64,000 nt of DNA from an uncultured Chitinophagales bacterium. Its GTDB lineage: Bacteria > Bacteroidota > Bacteroidia > Chitinophagales > JADIYW01. Below are positions 44,060 through 55,360 of this stretch, one piece after another. Each line of letters begins with the position of its first letter. Position 1 is the stretch's first letter. Under the pieces are notes generated by a model, which saw nothing but the letters and a program-made list of their open reading frames with translations, ran no database searches and was not told where the DNA came from. The DNA lies in contig CAZZEH010000001.1 of assembly GCA_964653095.1 (NCBI GenBank), forward strand, positions 59,833 through 123,832, given 5' to 3'. The position numbers and the translations under genes are program-made.

Positions 44060-45139
44060 ATGAAACTGATTGATCAATATATCATACGAAAATATCTGGG
44101 AACGTTCAGTTTTATGCTATTCCTTTTAATAGGAATTGCCATCGTGATTGACATTACCGAAAAAATTGATGAGTTTATTGAATCAGGTTTGAGTACCCGC
44201 GAAATTATTACTCAGTACTACATTCATTTTGTCCCTTGGATTGGCATGATGCTGGCGCCCATTTTTGTCTTTATATCGGTCATTTACTTCACTTCAAAAC
44301 TTACTGAAAACTCGGAGATTATCGCTATGCTGGCAGGAAGAGTCAGTTTTTACAGACTGCTGGCGCCTTATCTTTTTACATCCGTACTGTTAGCAGGTCT
44401 GTTCTATATGGCAAACCATTACTGGCTACCGGACTCAAATAAAAAGTTCTTTGCGTTTACTGACCAATATACTTCCAACTCTGTCGAACGGTCTAAGGAT
44501 AATGTACACTTTCAGTTTAAAAAGGACACCTTGGTTTATACCCAATCCTGGGACGATGAGACCAAAACCGGATATAAATTTACTCTGGAAGTTTTTAACG
44601 GGAGAAAAATGCTGTACAAACTCTCTGCTGATAAAGTAATCTGGAATTGGAAAGGCGAGAAATGGACAGTCGAAAACTATACCGAGCGAAAAGTGATAAG
44701 CGACTTTGAAGATGAAATCCGAGAAGGCTCCTCCTCCGATTTCGACTGGAGTTTTAAACCGACTGATTTTTTGGTTCAGCTGAATGTGAAAGAGTCCATG
44801 ACTACACCCGAACTTGAAAGATTTATTGTGGAACAATATGAAAAAGGTGCCGAAAATCTCCAATTTTACCGAACCGAAAAATATAGACGTACAGCCGTAC
44901 CTGCCAGCACTATTATTCTGACTGTAATTGCCTTTGCCATGACTTCCAAAAAAAGAAGGAACGGAATGGGTATTTATATTGCTTCCGGCTTGGCACTAAG
45001 TGGTATTTATGTAATCACACAACAATTTTCGACCGTATTTTCGACCAAAGGAAACTTAGAACCTGTCTGGGGTGCCTGGATTCCCAATATTATCTTTTCT
45101 TTTGTGGCCGTTTATCTGATTCGGAAAGCTCCAAAATAA
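44060..45139 (+). CDS. LptF/LptG-family LPS export permease
   Basis: The N-terminus LIDQYIIRKYLGTF matches YjgP/YjgQ. It has 6 TM segments and a periplasmic beta-jellyroll insert. Confidence 0.85.
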   Translation: MKLIDQYIIRKYLGTFSFMLFLLIGIAIVIDITEKIDEFIESGLSTREIITQYYIHFVPWIGMMLAPIFVFISVIYFTSKLTENSEIIAMLAGRVSFYRLLAPYLFTSVLLAGLFYMANHYWLPDSNKKFFAFTDQYTSNSVERSKDNVHFQFKKDTLVYTQSWDDETKTGYKFTLEVFNGRKMLYKLSADKVIWNWKGEKWTVENYTERKVISDFEDEIREGSSSDFDWSFKPTDFLVQLNVKESMTTPELERFIVEQYEKGAENLQFYRTEKYRRTAVPASTIILTVIAFAMTSKKRRNGMGIYIASGLALSGIYVITQQFSTVFSTKGNLEPVWGAWIPNIIFSFVAVYLIRKAPK

Positions 45140-45163
45140 AGGCAAGAAGAACTCCTACCCCAT

Positions 45164-45892
45164 TCAAACATCCAATGGATACACCTGAATCACTCCATCC
45201 TGAAGAAACGGCACCACCGGATGAATATCCATCCGACAGCAATATTCCAAATCCTTTTCCAAGCCAAAACCTAATAATCTCTGATAATGAGTAGCCGATT
45301 GTAAAAATTCCCGGAGAGAATTAAAGTTTTGAGATTGTTTGTAAAGCATCTCAGCCAAAATAGAATTGTCATCCAACACATCAAATTTCGAATGTAAGTA
45401 ATGTACAACCGCACCTGCAAAAAGAGTATCTTCCAGATTGACCAAATCCTGCCAACCGCTGCAGGCCAACACTACATCCCGCCCGGACAAAATTAAATAA
45501 TCGCATATTGCCTGTAGGTTTAAAAAGGAGCCTATCAGTATCTGACTTGCTTCACCAACCATCTGCATCAGTCTGGTTCCGTTTGTGGTAGTCAGTGCAA
45601 CAGTTTTATTTTTCACCACGTCCGATGTAAATTCTACCGGAGAATTACCCCTCTCCAGTCCGGGAATCACTTTTCCACCCCGTTCTCCCGCCGTAATGGT
45701 ATTCTCATTGCTTCCCAGCTCTTTACATTTATCCACACTGCCCACAGGAATGACCGAAATTGCACCGTTACCGAGTATGGCACAAATTGTAGAAGTTGCC
45801 CTAAAAACGTCAATGACTACGACTGTCTTGCCGTTTAATTTATAATTAGGAAGCAATGCGGGAGACAAACAGGTTTCAATTTTGGGTTTCAT
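45164..45892 (-). CDS. comB: 2-phosphosulfolactate phosphatase family protein
   Basis: It shows the VVVIDVFRATSTI pattern typical of ComB. It is 242 aa. Confidence 0.8.
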   Translation of the reverse strand: MKPKIETCLSPALLPNYKLNGKTVVVIDVFRATSTICAILGNGAISVIPVGSVDKCKELGSNENTITAGERGGKVIPGLERGNSPVEFTSDVVKNKTVALTTTNGTRLMQMVGEASQILIGSFLNLQAICDYLILSGRDVVLACSGWQDLVNLEDTLFAGAVVHYLHSKFDVLDDNSILAEMLYKQSQNFNSLREFLQSATHYQRLLGFGLEKDLEYCCRMDIHPVVPFLQDGVIQVYPLDV

Positions 45893-46086
45893 TGTACAGG
45901 CAAAATTAAGGCAATTAAGTCAAATACTTTGTGATACAGTCTTACCGTTTTGTCAAACTCAGTACAAAAATAAATAAGTTAGTGTCGCACATGAGGAAGT
46001 TTGTAAAACAATTTTATCAGTTCTCAGTTTTGATTTAAGCAACTTTAATACTTAATTCTGTTCGTTTTCAGGATATTTGCAGAATA

Positions 46087-47286
46087 ATGAATTCCCGTAA
46101 AAGAGTGGTCGTCGGTCTTTCCGGTGGTGTAGATTCCAGCGTGAGTGCATATTTGATGCAGCAGCAGGGTTATGAAGTGATTGGACTGTTTATGCGTAAC
46201 TGGAGTGATGAATCTGTCACCATAGATAACGAATGCCCCTGGATTGACGACAGCAACGATGCACTGATTGTGGCCGAACAATTGGGCATTCCTTTTCAGG
46301 TCATTGATTTGAGTAAAGAATATAAGACACGAATTGTAGATTATATGTTTGCCGAATACGAAGCCGGGCGTACTCCCAATCCTGACGTGCTTTGTAACAG
46401 AGAGATAAAATTTGACATTTTCCTAAAAACAGCATTGGATTTGGGAGCAGACTTTGTCGCCACAGGTCATTACTGCAGAAAAGAAACAATCCAATCGGGA
46501 GAAGATGTCAGATACAGATTATTGGCAGGTGCCGACAAAAATAAAGATCAAAGTTATTTCCTGTGCCAACTTACGCAAGGCCAGCTGAAATATGCTTTAT
46601 TTCCAATCGGTCATCTTCAAAAAAGTGAGGTCAGAGCCATTGCATTGAAAGCAGGATTGGCTACTGCCGAAAAAAAGGATTCACAGGGGCTTTGTTTTAT
46701 CGGTAAAGTTCGGTTACCTGATTTTTTACAGCAACAACTCACTCCCAAAGAAGGAGAAGTAGTGGAAATACCTTCGGATATGAAGCTGTACAAAAGTCAT
46801 GAATATCAATACAACAAACTCGATTTAGAAACTGTCTCTGATCTGGCACAGCATATCACGTACAAGAAAGAAATGGGGAAAGTGATTGGCACGCACAAAG
46901 GTGCACACTTCTATACCATTGGTCAGCGTAAAGGTCTCGGTATCGGTGGTTATGACGAACCTATTTTAGTCATAGGATTAAATACTTCGGACAATATTAT
47001 CTATGTGGGCAAAGGAGAAAAGCACCCCGGGCTCAATCGACCTGCATTGTTTATACATCAATCCGAAACTCATTGGGTCAGGCCTGACCTGAAATTAACC
47101 ATTGGAGAGAAACGAGAATTCCTGGTGCGTATTCGTTACAGACAGCCTTTGGAAAAAGCTTGTTTGTACCAGACTGACGAAGGGTTGTATATCGTTTTTG
47201 AAAATCTGCAAAGAGGTATTGCACCCGGGCAGTTTGCCGCATGGTACGATGGGGAAGAGCTTATAGGTTCAGGAGTAATATCCTAA
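46087..47286 (+). CDS. mnmA: tRNA 2-thiouridine(34) synthase
   Basis: The PP-loop is [15 protein letters not shown]. Other motifs are [13 protein letters not shown] and DQSYFL. Confidence 0.95.
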   Translation: MNSRKRVVVGLSGGVDSSVSAYLMQQQGYEVIGLFMRNWSDESVTIDNECPWIDDSNDALIVAEQLGIPFQVIDLSKEYKTRIVDYMFAEYEAGRTPNPDVLCNREIKFDIFLKTALDLGADFVATGHYCRKETIQSGEDVRYRLLAGADKNKDQSYFLCQLTQGQLKYALFPIGHLQKSEVRAIALKAGLATAEKKDSQGLCFIGKVRLPDFLQQQLTPKEGEVVEIPSDMKLYKSHEYQYNKLDLETVSDLAQHITYKKEMGKVIGTHKGAHFYTIGQRKGLGIGGYDEPILVIGLNTSDNIIYVGKGEKHPGLNRPALFIHQSETHWVRPDLKLTIGEKREFLVRIRYRQPLEKACLYQTDEGLYIVFENLQRGIAPGQFAAWYDGEELIGSGVIS

Positions 47287-47342
47287 AAGTTTTTATAACT
47301 TCTTAAAAGCATTTATCTTGCTGCAAATTTTCAGCGAAATAC

Positions 47343-48755
47343 ATGTACAGAGCCGTACCCACAGGTGTTAAAAAATATATCCTTGGCGATGCCATAACCG
47401 CATATTTAGGCTGGCTCACGTTTTTTATTATAAGAAAAACTCAGGTCGAACATCAGATTTTTGATTTCTCTGCTTATATCAGCGATTTTAACTTTTTTAT
47501 TGGCGGAATTATTGTCAGCTTATATTGGCTATACATATATGCCTTAAGCAATACCTACAAAAGTTTATACACCAAATCCAGACTTGCAGAAATTTTAAGA
47601 ACGTTTATCCAGTCTTTTATTGGCTGTTTGTTTCTAAGTATTGTAGTCGTGCTGGACGATTTAGTGGGTTCATATAGAGATTACTACTACCTAATGCTTG
47701 TGATGATCTCAGTACATTTTGTTCCGACACTTTTTGTTCGTTTATTATTCCTGTTTCGTGCCAAATCACATTTAAAATCCGGTAAAATCAGCTTCCCTAC
47801 CCTTATTATTGGAAGCCATAGGGATTTAAAAAAAATATATCAGGATGTCAGCCGGCTTCATCCACTTCAGGGTATTGATGTTCGGGAGATTCTCACTAAT
47901 ATAAAAGAGATTGCCAACATCTCTGTACCCATTCAAAACTATCATCTGTCAAACCTGAAAGATTTACTCAAAAATACTTCATACACGCATGCGGTACTGG
48001 CACTGTCAAAAGAAGAGCGCAATCATATTTCTACCTACATCAGCATTTTGGACTCATTGGGCATTCGAATAAAAATCATCCCGGAACTCAGTGAATCTCT
48101 GACCTCAAAAGCTAAAATAGATAATCCTTTGGGCACTGCGCTCATTGATATCAATACAGAAGTTATGACACCCTTTCAAAAATTAATTAAAAAAACTTTT
48201 GATTTGAGTGTCTCCGCAACTGCTCTTATTGTTCTCTCTCCTGCCCTGCTTGGAATAGCCCTGTTAATTAAAAGAAATTCCCCCGGTCCCGCTCTCTACA
48301 AACAGGAAAGAATTGGACAATACGGAAAGTCTTTTACTATTTATAAATTTAGGTCCATGCACGTAGGTGCCGAATCAAACGGCCCTCAGTTATCTAAGGA
48401 AGGAGACGACAGGACGACCTCCATTGGCCATATACTCCGCAAATTCCGAATAGATGAACTGCCTCAATTTTATAACGTGCTCAACGGCAGTATGTCATTA
48501 ATTGGCCCAAGACCGGAAAGAAAATACTTTGCCGAACAAATTATAGAGAGAGTCCCCGAGTACAAATACATCTATAAAATGAAGCCCGGAATTACATCTT
48601 GGGGCATGGTGCGATTTGGTTATGCATCCAATGTAGATGAAATGGTCGAAAGAATGGAATATGACCTGTTATATGTCAATAACTTCTCACTTTTAATGGA
48701 CTTCAGAATTTTTATCTATACCATTATTACCGTGATAAGGGGAAAAGGGCTTTAA
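47343..48755 (+). CDS. polyprenyl-phosphate glycosyl-1-phosphate transferase (WbaP/EPS sugar transferase family)
   Basis: An N-terminal multi-TM region is followed by a C-terminal Bac_transf domain (KRTFDL...YKQERIG..GK.F..YKFRSM...DELPQ..NVL.G.MSLIGPRP). Confidence 0.85.
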   Translation: MYRAVPTGVKKYILGDAITAYLGWLTFFIIRKTQVEHQIFDFSAYISDFNFFIGGIIVSLYWLYIYALSNTYKSLYTKSRLAEILRTFIQSFIGCLFLSIVVVLDDLVGSYRDYYYLMLVMISVHFVPTLFVRLLFLFRAKSHLKSGKISFPTLIIGSHRDLKKIYQDVSRLHPLQGIDVREILTNIKEIANISVPIQNYHLSNLKDLLKNTSYTHAVLALSKEERNHISTYISILDSLGIRIKIIPELSESLTSKAKIDNPLGTALIDINTEVMTPFQKLIKKTFDLSVSATALIVLSPALLGIALLIKRNSPGPALYKQERIGQYGKSFTIYKFRSMHVGAESNGPQLSKEGDDRTTSIGHILRKFRIDELPQFYNVLNGSMSLIGPRPERKYFAEQIIERVPEYKYIYKMKPGITSWGMVRFGYASNVDEMVERMEYDLLYVNNFSLLMDFRIFIYTIITVIRGKGL

Positions 48756-48836
48756 GGCTTGTATTTATCATATAAATGTCATGTTTGTAATTTCCCGTAC
48801 TCTATAAAATCAGAATGGCTTTAATTTGCACGAATT

Positions 48837-50654
48837 ATGTCAGCTACTTCATCAAACACTGAAGAAAGTTCTTCGAAAAAGCGTATATCCAAAGAATCTG
48901 TAAGGTCATTTCTTGAACTTATGCGCTATATGCGTTCATACAGAGGCCTATTTGCATTGGGTTCTTTTATGCTGCTCATGTCCACCCTGACCTTTTTACT
49001 TTTTCCGTTTATCTTATCTATGATGGCTGATGTCGCACAGGGGAAACCCTTTGTCATTAATCAATTCGGACTGAGTTTTACTTTTAATCACAGAAACCAG
49101 CTGGCGATTCTTCTGTTGCTGATTATTTCACTTCAGGCCTTTTTCTCTTTTACCAGAGTCTATCTGTTTGCACTTGTAAACGAGCGTGTGCTTGCAGACA
49201 TCCGCTCTGATTTATTTTCAAAATTCATTTCGCTTCCCATACCCTATTTCGAACAAAACAGAACCGGAGATTTAATCAGCAGACTATCCACTGATATCAG
49301 CAACTTGCAGGAGCTTATTTCTCTTAACCTCGCAGAGTTTGCACGGCAGTTTATCAGTCTGATTGGCGGAACCATTATCATAGCAATTATTTCTCCCGAA
49401 CTGACCGGAACCATTATTATTTTAGTGCCGACCATTGTAATTCTCGCGGTTTACCTGAGTAAATTCATCAAAAAAATTACGAAAAAAGTACTTGCCGCCA
49501 CATCTGACTCCATTACTATTGCAGAAGAATCTTTTCAGAATATTCATACAGTTAAAGCCTATACAAACGAATGGTATGAAGCAGGGAAATACCGAAAATC
49601 GGTTGAAGTTATTCGCCGCCTGGCAACAAAGGCCGGAGTGTATAAAGGCGGATTCATTTCCTTTGTACTCTTTGCGTTTATCGGAGCATTGGTTTTTGTA
49701 CTCTGGAGAGCCACAGGATTAGTCGAAGACGGCACAATCAGTATCGGCTCACTATTGGCTTATGTGGCCTATACAATATTTATTGGCGGTTCTGTTGCCG
49801 GCATGGGTGATATGTGGGGGAAAATCGTTTCGTCAATGGGTGCTGCAGACCGTATCATGGAAGTATTGGCAATGAAATCCGAGACTCTAATGAAAAAAGT
49901 GCGGCATGAATACACCAAAGGCGATATCGAATACAGAAATGTAAAATTTTCATACCCGTCCAGACCGGACATATCCATTTTTAAAAGCTTAAATTTTAAA
50001 ATTCCTTCCGGTCAGACCATTGCATTAGTAGGCCCTTCCGGAGCAGGAAAATCTACTATTATTCAGTTATTGCTTCAATATTATAAAATTCAGGGCGGAC
50101 AGATTTTAATTGACGGGCAGGACTCCCAAAAAATGGATATTCAGGAAGTGCGCAGTAAAATTGCAATTGTGCCGCAGGAAGTTATTTTGTTCGGCGGTAC
50201 TATACGGGAAAATATTGCTTACGGTCAGTTAGATGCCTCTGAAGAAGCTATTACGGAAGCAGCAAGACAGGCAAATTGTCTGGAATTCATCGAACAGTTC
50301 CCGGAAGGTCTGGACACTATCGTCGGCGAAAGAGGTATAAAATTGTCCGGCGGACAGAGACAGCGAATTGCTATTGCAAGAGCTATCTTAAAAAATCCGG
50401 CTATCCTGCTTTTGGACGAAGCCACCAGTGCATTGGACTCCGAATCGGAAAAACTCGTGCAGGATGCTTTGGAAAAATTGATGAAAGGCAGAACTTCCAT
50501 CGTAATTGCCCACCGCCTTTCCACTATTCGAAATGCAGATAAAATTTTAGTGGTGCAGGATGGAGAGATAATAGAATCGGGAAATCATGAAGAACTGTCC
50601 GTGAAAGAAGACGGCGTATATCTCAATCTGCTCCGATTACAGTATCAGGTCTAA
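48837..50654 (+). CDS. ABC transporter, fused permease/ATPase (MsbA-like)
   Basis: A 6-TM domain is followed by Walker A GPSGAGKST, the signature LSGGQRQR, and Walker B LLLDEATSALD. Confidence 0.9.
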   Translation: MSATSSNTEESSSKKRISKESVRSFLELMRYMRSYRGLFALGSFMLLMSTLTFLLFPFILSMMADVAQGKPFVINQFGLSFTFNHRNQLAILLLLIISLQAFFSFTRVYLFALVNERVLADIRSDLFSKFISLPIPYFEQNRTGDLISRLSTDISNLQELISLNLAEFARQFISLIGGTIIIAIISPELTGTIIILVPTIVILAVYLSKFIKKITKKVLAATSDSITIAEESFQNIHTVKAYTNEWYEAGKYRKSVEVIRRLATKAGVYKGGFISFVLFAFIGALVFVLWRATGLVEDGTISIGSLLAYVAYTIFIGGSVAGMGDMWGKIVSSMGAADRIMEVLAMKSETLMKKVRHEYTKGDIEYRNVKFSYPSRPDISIFKSLNFKIPSGQTIALVGPSGAGKSTIIQLLLQYYKIQGGQILIDGQDSQKMDIQEVRSKIAIVPQEVILFGGTIRENIAYGQLDASEEAITEAARQANCLEFIEQFPEGLDTIVGERGIKLSGGQRQRIAIARAILKNPAILLLDEATSALDSESEKLVQDALEKLMKGRTSIVIAHRLSTIRNADKILVVQDGEIIESGNHEELSVKEDGVYLNLLRLQYQV

Positions 50655-50659
50655 GCGGT

Positions 50660-51373
50660 CTAAATTTTCTTTTTAGGATTCAGAGGTCGAAGTTCCAGCT
50701 CGTTAATCAGCAGATTATCAGGAGTTTCTAAAATATGTACTAAAGTAGCAGCGATATCTTTGGGCTGAAGCATATTAGAATGAGCTTTTATTCCGGAACT
50801 GCTGAAAAAATCTGTTTCAATTGAGCCGGGATTGATATTTGTCACCTTAATACCAAAGTGCCGGAGTTCCATATACAAGGCCTGACTGAAACCATACACT
50901 CCAAATTTGGAAGTACAGTATGCGGTACCGTCCTTACGCCCGACTTTCCCCAATATGGAGCCGATATTTATGATGTGAGAACTGTCCGATTTCTTTTTCA
51001 TCAGAGCAGAAACTTTGGATGTAATAAAAAAAAGCGCGTTGAGATTTATATTCATCATTTCTAACCAATCCGAAGACTCCGTTTCGTCAATCGGATGGAA
51101 AGAACCTACTCCCGCATTATTAATCAAAATATCCGGAATATAGTTCTCCGAAAATGTACTCTCTACCCATGCCGACACCGCTTGTTCTGCTGTCAGATCA
51201 AGTTGAACCGGATGAAAACTATCACCCAATTCTTTCGAAAGCTTTTGAAGAAGGTCTGCATTCCTGCCAATTCCATATACTGTACACCCTTTACGAATCA
51301 GTCTTTTTGCCGTTGCAGCTCCCAGGCCTCTGCTTGCTCCGGTTACAATCGCAACTTTATTTTTGAGCTTCAT
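50660..51373 (-). CDS. short-chain dehydrogenase/reductase
   Basis: Motifs are TGASRGLG, NNAG and YCTSK (YxxxK). Confidence 0.9.
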   Translation of the reverse strand: MKLKNKVAIVTGASRGLGAATAKRLIRKGCTVYGIGRNADLLQKLSKELGDSFHPVQLDLTAEQAVSAWVESTFSENYIPDILINNAGVGSFHPIDETESSDWLEMMNINLNALFFITSKVSALMKKKSDSSHIINIGSILGKVGRKDGTAYCTSKFGVYGFSQALYMELRHFGIKVTNINPGSIETDFFSSSGIKAHSNMLQPKDIAATLVHILETPDNLLINELELRPLNPKKKI

Positions 51374-51388
51374 ATCTGATGCCCATTG

Positions 51389-51724
51389 TTATTCATCTAT
51401 CATTGCTTCCAGAGCAATCGTCCCATGCGCGTATGCAGCTCCGGCTCTCATTTCGGCAGCTACCCATATCGCTTCCATGATTTCTTCTTTACTGGCTCCT
51501 TTTCGTTGAGCCTGAGGCACGTGAGCCTGAATACAATACGGACACTGAGTCACATGAGCTACCGCCACTGCTATCAGTTGTTTAGTCTTTTCATCTAATA
51601 CACCTTCTTTAAAAACAGCTCTGCTGAAATTTCGCCAGGCTTCAATCTGTTTAGGTGCCAATTCGGCTTTCTTCTTCGCACTCTCTGCCGTTCCTTTCGG
51701 ATAAAGTTCTTTGTTGTTACTCAT
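51389..51724 (-). CDS. carboxymuconolactone decarboxylase (AhpD-like) family protein
   Basis: The CPYC (CxxC) motif sits in the AhpD-like context VAHVTQCPYCIQAH. It is 111 aa. Confidence 0.85.
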   Translation of the reverse strand: MSNNKELYPKGTAESAKKKAELAPKQIEAWRNFSRAVFKEGVLDEKTKQLIAVAVAHVTQCPYCIQAHVPQAQRKGASKEEIMEAIWVAAEMRAGAAYAHGTIALEAMIDE

Positions 51725-51834
51725 AATTCAAAAATTTATAAAAAAAGCTTTCTATAATTATGATTTACCACAGAAAGCCTCTACAATAATTATTTAGCCA
51801 ATACTGATATTACTCGCTCGCAATACCTGAAAAG

Positions 51835-52611
51835 CTATACCTTTTCTGCTATAATTGCATAAGAAGTCAAATGCTCTTCATACTTGTTAAAAGTCTTTCT
51901 CATGGTGAAAATTTTCTTTCTCTCCTTGGGATGAGTCAATACATTAAATCCAATTTTTAATGTCCTGACTAAGCCTTCATCGGATAAAATTCTTTTCACT
52001 TTCAATAAAGCCATCGGACTTTCTTCTACTTTTTTTATTTTGAAACCTTCTTTCTCCAATAAAGCACACCATTCACTCTTGGCCAGCGGGCGGGCATTCA
52101 CCTTAATTGTTTTGGATAATCCGCGCTGAATCTCTTTTTTAATTTCGGGGTCAATATGATCGGGCATTAATCCCATTTCATGAATACCATATACACCGCC
52201 CGGTTTTAAAATTCGGTACGCTTCTCTGATTATTTCTGATTTCCTGTGATCTGCCTGCATAGTCAGCATGGCTTCACCAATCACTTTATTTACAGATGCA
52301 TCTTCCAGACCGGTATCAGAAGCACTTGTATTGACTATTTCGTACCCGTTTTGGTTAATCTTGGCTTTGAGTCTGGCAGCCGCTTCCTTGTTTAATTCAA
52401 TCCCGGTATATTTCCTGGGCTTTTTACTGATTAATAGCGAAGCTGTTATTCCCATTCCCGGAGCAAATTCCACTACTGAGTCCTCATCTTCAATCTCTAA
52501 TCCGTTTACAAGCCGCTGGGTCAGTTCCCATCCTCCCGGGCGCAAAATGCGTTTACCCATTTTAGCAAGCACCCAGTGGCCCTGCTCCGTATCAATTTTG
52601 TCGTGTGCCAT
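51835..52611 (-). CDS. class I SAM-dependent methyltransferase
   Basis: Motif I is VVEFAPGMG. The post-I acidic residue is GIELN. The LKPGG motif is also present. Confidence 0.8.
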   Translation of the reverse strand: MAHDKIDTEQGHWVLAKMGKRILRPGGWELTQRLVNGLEIEDEDSVVEFAPGMGITASLLISKKPRKYTGIELNKEAAARLKAKINQNGYEIVNTSASDTGLEDASVNKVIGEAMLTMQADHRKSEIIREAYRILKPGGVYGIHEMGLMPDHIDPEIKKEIQRGLSKTIKVNARPLAKSEWCALLEKEGFKIKKVEESPMALLKVKRILSDEGLVRTLKIGFNVLTHPKERKKIFTMRKTFNKYEEHLTSYAIIAEKV

Positions 52612-52779
52612 ATAACTGCATCTTAATTTAGAACGAGACTAAATTACATATAATTCTCATTACCACATTTAACTTTGTGTTATATTTTAAAATTACAGTT
52701 ATTTACAAATGAATTTTAATGTGTTTTAAAAAGTGCAGCATAATATTATCTTTAGTGGCTTTTACAAAAAAACTTAGAA

Positions 52780-53556
52780 ATGCGCAGATATCTTTTTTAC
52801 ATCTTACTCCTTATTATCAGTTTCAGTTTTACATCCTGTCTTGATATTTTAGAGAAAATACATTTCAATAAAGACGGTTCCGGCGAATACTCTATCACTG
52901 TATCTTTAGGTGAAAAGTTAAAAGAAAAAATAGAAGACGGTGCAGAATCTGCCAAAGAAAATACACCTTCAGAGTTGCCGGACAAAGAGGATTTGGAAGA
53001 GGACGAACAAAGGAAGAATCTTAAGAGAACCGTAGAGAATCTTAAAAAGCTTGAAGGAATTCACGAAGTAGAAATCATCGAATCTTTATTCGACTTCGGC
53101 TATAAATATAAGTTTGAAAACATAGAGGCTCTGAATGCTGCATTAGAAGCCACAGCAGGCGATTATGTACCTGTTAAACCCGACAATTACTTTTTGGATA
53201 AAAAGAAAAAACATCCGATTGCCCCCAAGGCTACTTACATTGAGGAGAATCAAAACACGATTATTCGCCATCAAAATGCCGAGATTGCGAAAGTTTTTGC
53301 ACTAAACAGAAAAAAAGGTTCTAATGCCGGCATGATGGGCGGGCTGGACATCGCTTATATTCTTCAGGATTTAACTTTTAAAACGGTTTATGAATTTGAA
53401 GGAAACGTAAAAAGTGTTTCCAATGAATCTGCCGTAACCGACAAAAATTCGGCAACCATTTTATGTATGCCCTTTGCTTATACTCCCAAAGACCTCAATC
53501 AGCTTAGGCTGCAGGAAGCTGCTTGTGAGCAGTCTATTCAGATTGAAGTAAAATAG
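52780..53556 (+). CDS. hypothetical lipoprotein
   Basis: There is a signal peptide with a lipobox (SFTSC). No other motif is recognised. Confidence 0.55.
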   Translation: MRRYLFYILLLIISFSFTSCLDILEKIHFNKDGSGEYSITVSLGEKLKEKIEDGAESAKENTPSELPDKEDLEEDEQRKNLKRTVENLKKLEGIHEVEIIESLFDFGYKYKFENIEALNAALEATAGDYVPVKPDNYFLDKKKKHPIAPKATYIEENQNTIIRHQNAEIAKVFALNRKKGSNAGMMGGLDIAYILQDLTFKTVYEFEGNVKSVSNESAVTDKNSATILCMPFAYTPKDLNQLRLQEAACEQSIQIEVK

Positions 53557-53615
53557 GCCGGGCAAAAGGCGAAAAGCAATTTTTTTATATTTCGCCACAG
53601 ACAAGTTTTGATATT

Positions 53616-55301
53616 ATGCTCCGCTTAAGGTATATAATTACAGTTGTTGTTGCCCTGATACTCTTCGCAGTTATACTATTCCGCTTAGAAGTTTTTCCAA
53701 TTTCTTTAAAGCCGGATACTGATTTGGAAGCCATCAAAAAACGAGGATATCTTACATTAGTCACTGTCTCCAACCCCACCGGATATTTTATGTACAAAAA
53801 CACCCCTATGGGCTTTGAGTACGATTTAATTCACGCATTTGCTTCTGATTTGGGTATAGAGCTGAAAGTTTTAGAATTGAATCATCCAGAAGACATGTAC
53901 CAAAAATTGCTGACAGGCGAGGCAGACATCATGGCATATCACATTCCGGTTTCAAATCTGCCTATGAAGTTTGCGATATTTTCTGATCCGTACTTACAGA
54001 CAGAATTAGTATTAATACAAAGAAGCAGAGATAAAAAGTCACCTCACTACATTGATAAAATTTCGGATCTCGCCGGAAAAACAATTACTGTTTCAGAAAA
54101 ATCCCCGTTTGTACGTACGCTTACAGATATTCAGTTTGAACTCAACGGCTCTTTGAAAATTCAAACTATTGATACCTCTCAGACTTCGGAAGATTTGATA
54201 CGAATGGTAGCCGATTCAGAAATTGACTACACAGTGGCAAGCAGGGAAATTGCTCTGATTAATAAAGACTACTACAACAATATTGATATTTCCGCTACCC
54301 TGACACCTCCTCAGGATATCGCATTTACCATTCACAGAAAGCATAGAAAACTTGCGTATGCTCTTAATAAATTTATTAGCGCATCCAGAAAAAATCAGTA
54401 TTTATACTCGTTATATGAAAAATATTTCCAGACAGACAGAATTCTTGTTCAAACCAAGTCCAAATCAGATTCCGCCATACCATCTGACTCAAAAGGGATA
54501 TCTATTTTTGACGGTTTAATTCAGCGATATGCTGAAAAAACTCAATGGGACTGGCGTTTGATTGCGGCTATGATTAAACAGGAATCAGGATTCAATCCGA
54601 CTGCCCGTTCGTGGGCCGGAGCGATGGGATTGATGCAGCTCATGCCAGGCACCGCTAAAAAATTCGGACTGCACACTTATTCAGAAATTTATCACCCGGA
54701 ACTTAATATTCAAACCGGTACAAAATATATCGTCTGGTTAGAAGACTTCTGGAAAGATATACAGGACGACATCGAACGGAAAAAGTTTATTCTTGCATCC
54801 TACAACGCCGGGCAGGGTCACATAAGAGATGCTCAGAGGCTCGCGAGGAAATACGGGTACAATCCACAAAAGTGGGACGGTCATGTAGAGTATTTCATTT
54901 TGAACAAATCCAAGCCGGTATTCTACATGGATCCGGTCAGCAAACACGGGTATTGCAGAGGTTCTGAAACATTTAACTATGTCCGGTCTATTATTAAAAT
55001 CTACAGCGGATACAAAAATAAATATCCTGCCGGTCATACTGCTTCATACGATTTTTCTTTGGACTTTGCTCCGGTTTATGAATTTGGTTTTGGAACGACT
55101 GAACAGGGAACGGGTTTAGTAAAGAAACCGCTTTTCCAGAAAAATGAAATTTTCAGAGGCAGAAACCTGATTGAAAGTGACAGCGGGCAAAATTATAACC
55201 ATCTTAAACCCAAAAATCCCGAAAGAATACAATTAAGAAAGAATGCTCCGCCTTCTAATCAGCTCTTCAAAAAGAACGAACTGTTTAAAAAGAATTCCTG
55301 A
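53616..55301 (+). CDS. MltF-like lytic transglycosylase (solute-binding-like domain plus SLT domain)
   Basis: It has an N-terminal TM and an SBP_bac_3-like region. The SLT catalytic motif is IKQESGFNP...GAMGLMQLMPGTA. Confidence 0.85.
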   Translation: MLRLRYIITVVVALILFAVILFRLEVFPISLKPDTDLEAIKKRGYLTLVTVSNPTGYFMYKNTPMGFEYDLIHAFASDLGIELKVLELNHPEDMYQKLLTGEADIMAYHIPVSNLPMKFAIFSDPYLQTELVLIQRSRDKKSPHYIDKISDLAGKTITVSEKSPFVRTLTDIQFELNGSLKIQTIDTSQTSEDLIRMVADSEIDYTVASREIALINKDYYNNIDISATLTPPQDIAFTIHRKHRKLAYALNKFISASRKNQYLYSLYEKYFQTDRILVQTKSKSDSAIPSDSKGISIFDGLIQRYAEKTQWDWRLIAAMIKQESGFNPTARSWAGAMGLMQLMPGTAKKFGLHTYSEIYHPELNIQTGTKYIVWLEDFWKDIQDDIERKKFILASYNAGQGHIRDAQRLARKYGYNPQKWDGHVEYFILNKSKPVFYMDPVSKHGYCRGSETFNYVRSIIKIYSGYKNKYPAGHTASYDFSLDFAPVYEFGFGTTEQGTGLVKKPLFQKNEIFRGRNLIESDSGQNYNHLKPKNPERIQLRKNAPPSNQLFKKNELFKKNS

Positions 55302-55305
55302 CAAA

Positions 55306-55340
55306 CTAAAAAGCGACTGCTTTTTCAAACAGTCGCCTTT
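55306..55340. terminator. bidirectional hairpin terminator between the mltF-like gene and sodA
   Basis: A 7-bp stem pairs GCGACTG (55313-55319) with CAGTCGC (55330-55336). The T5 run is on the minus strand (complement of 55308-55312) and CTTTAT follows on the plus strand. Confidence 0.65.
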
Positions 55341-55360
55341 ATAATCAGATTAAACTTCTC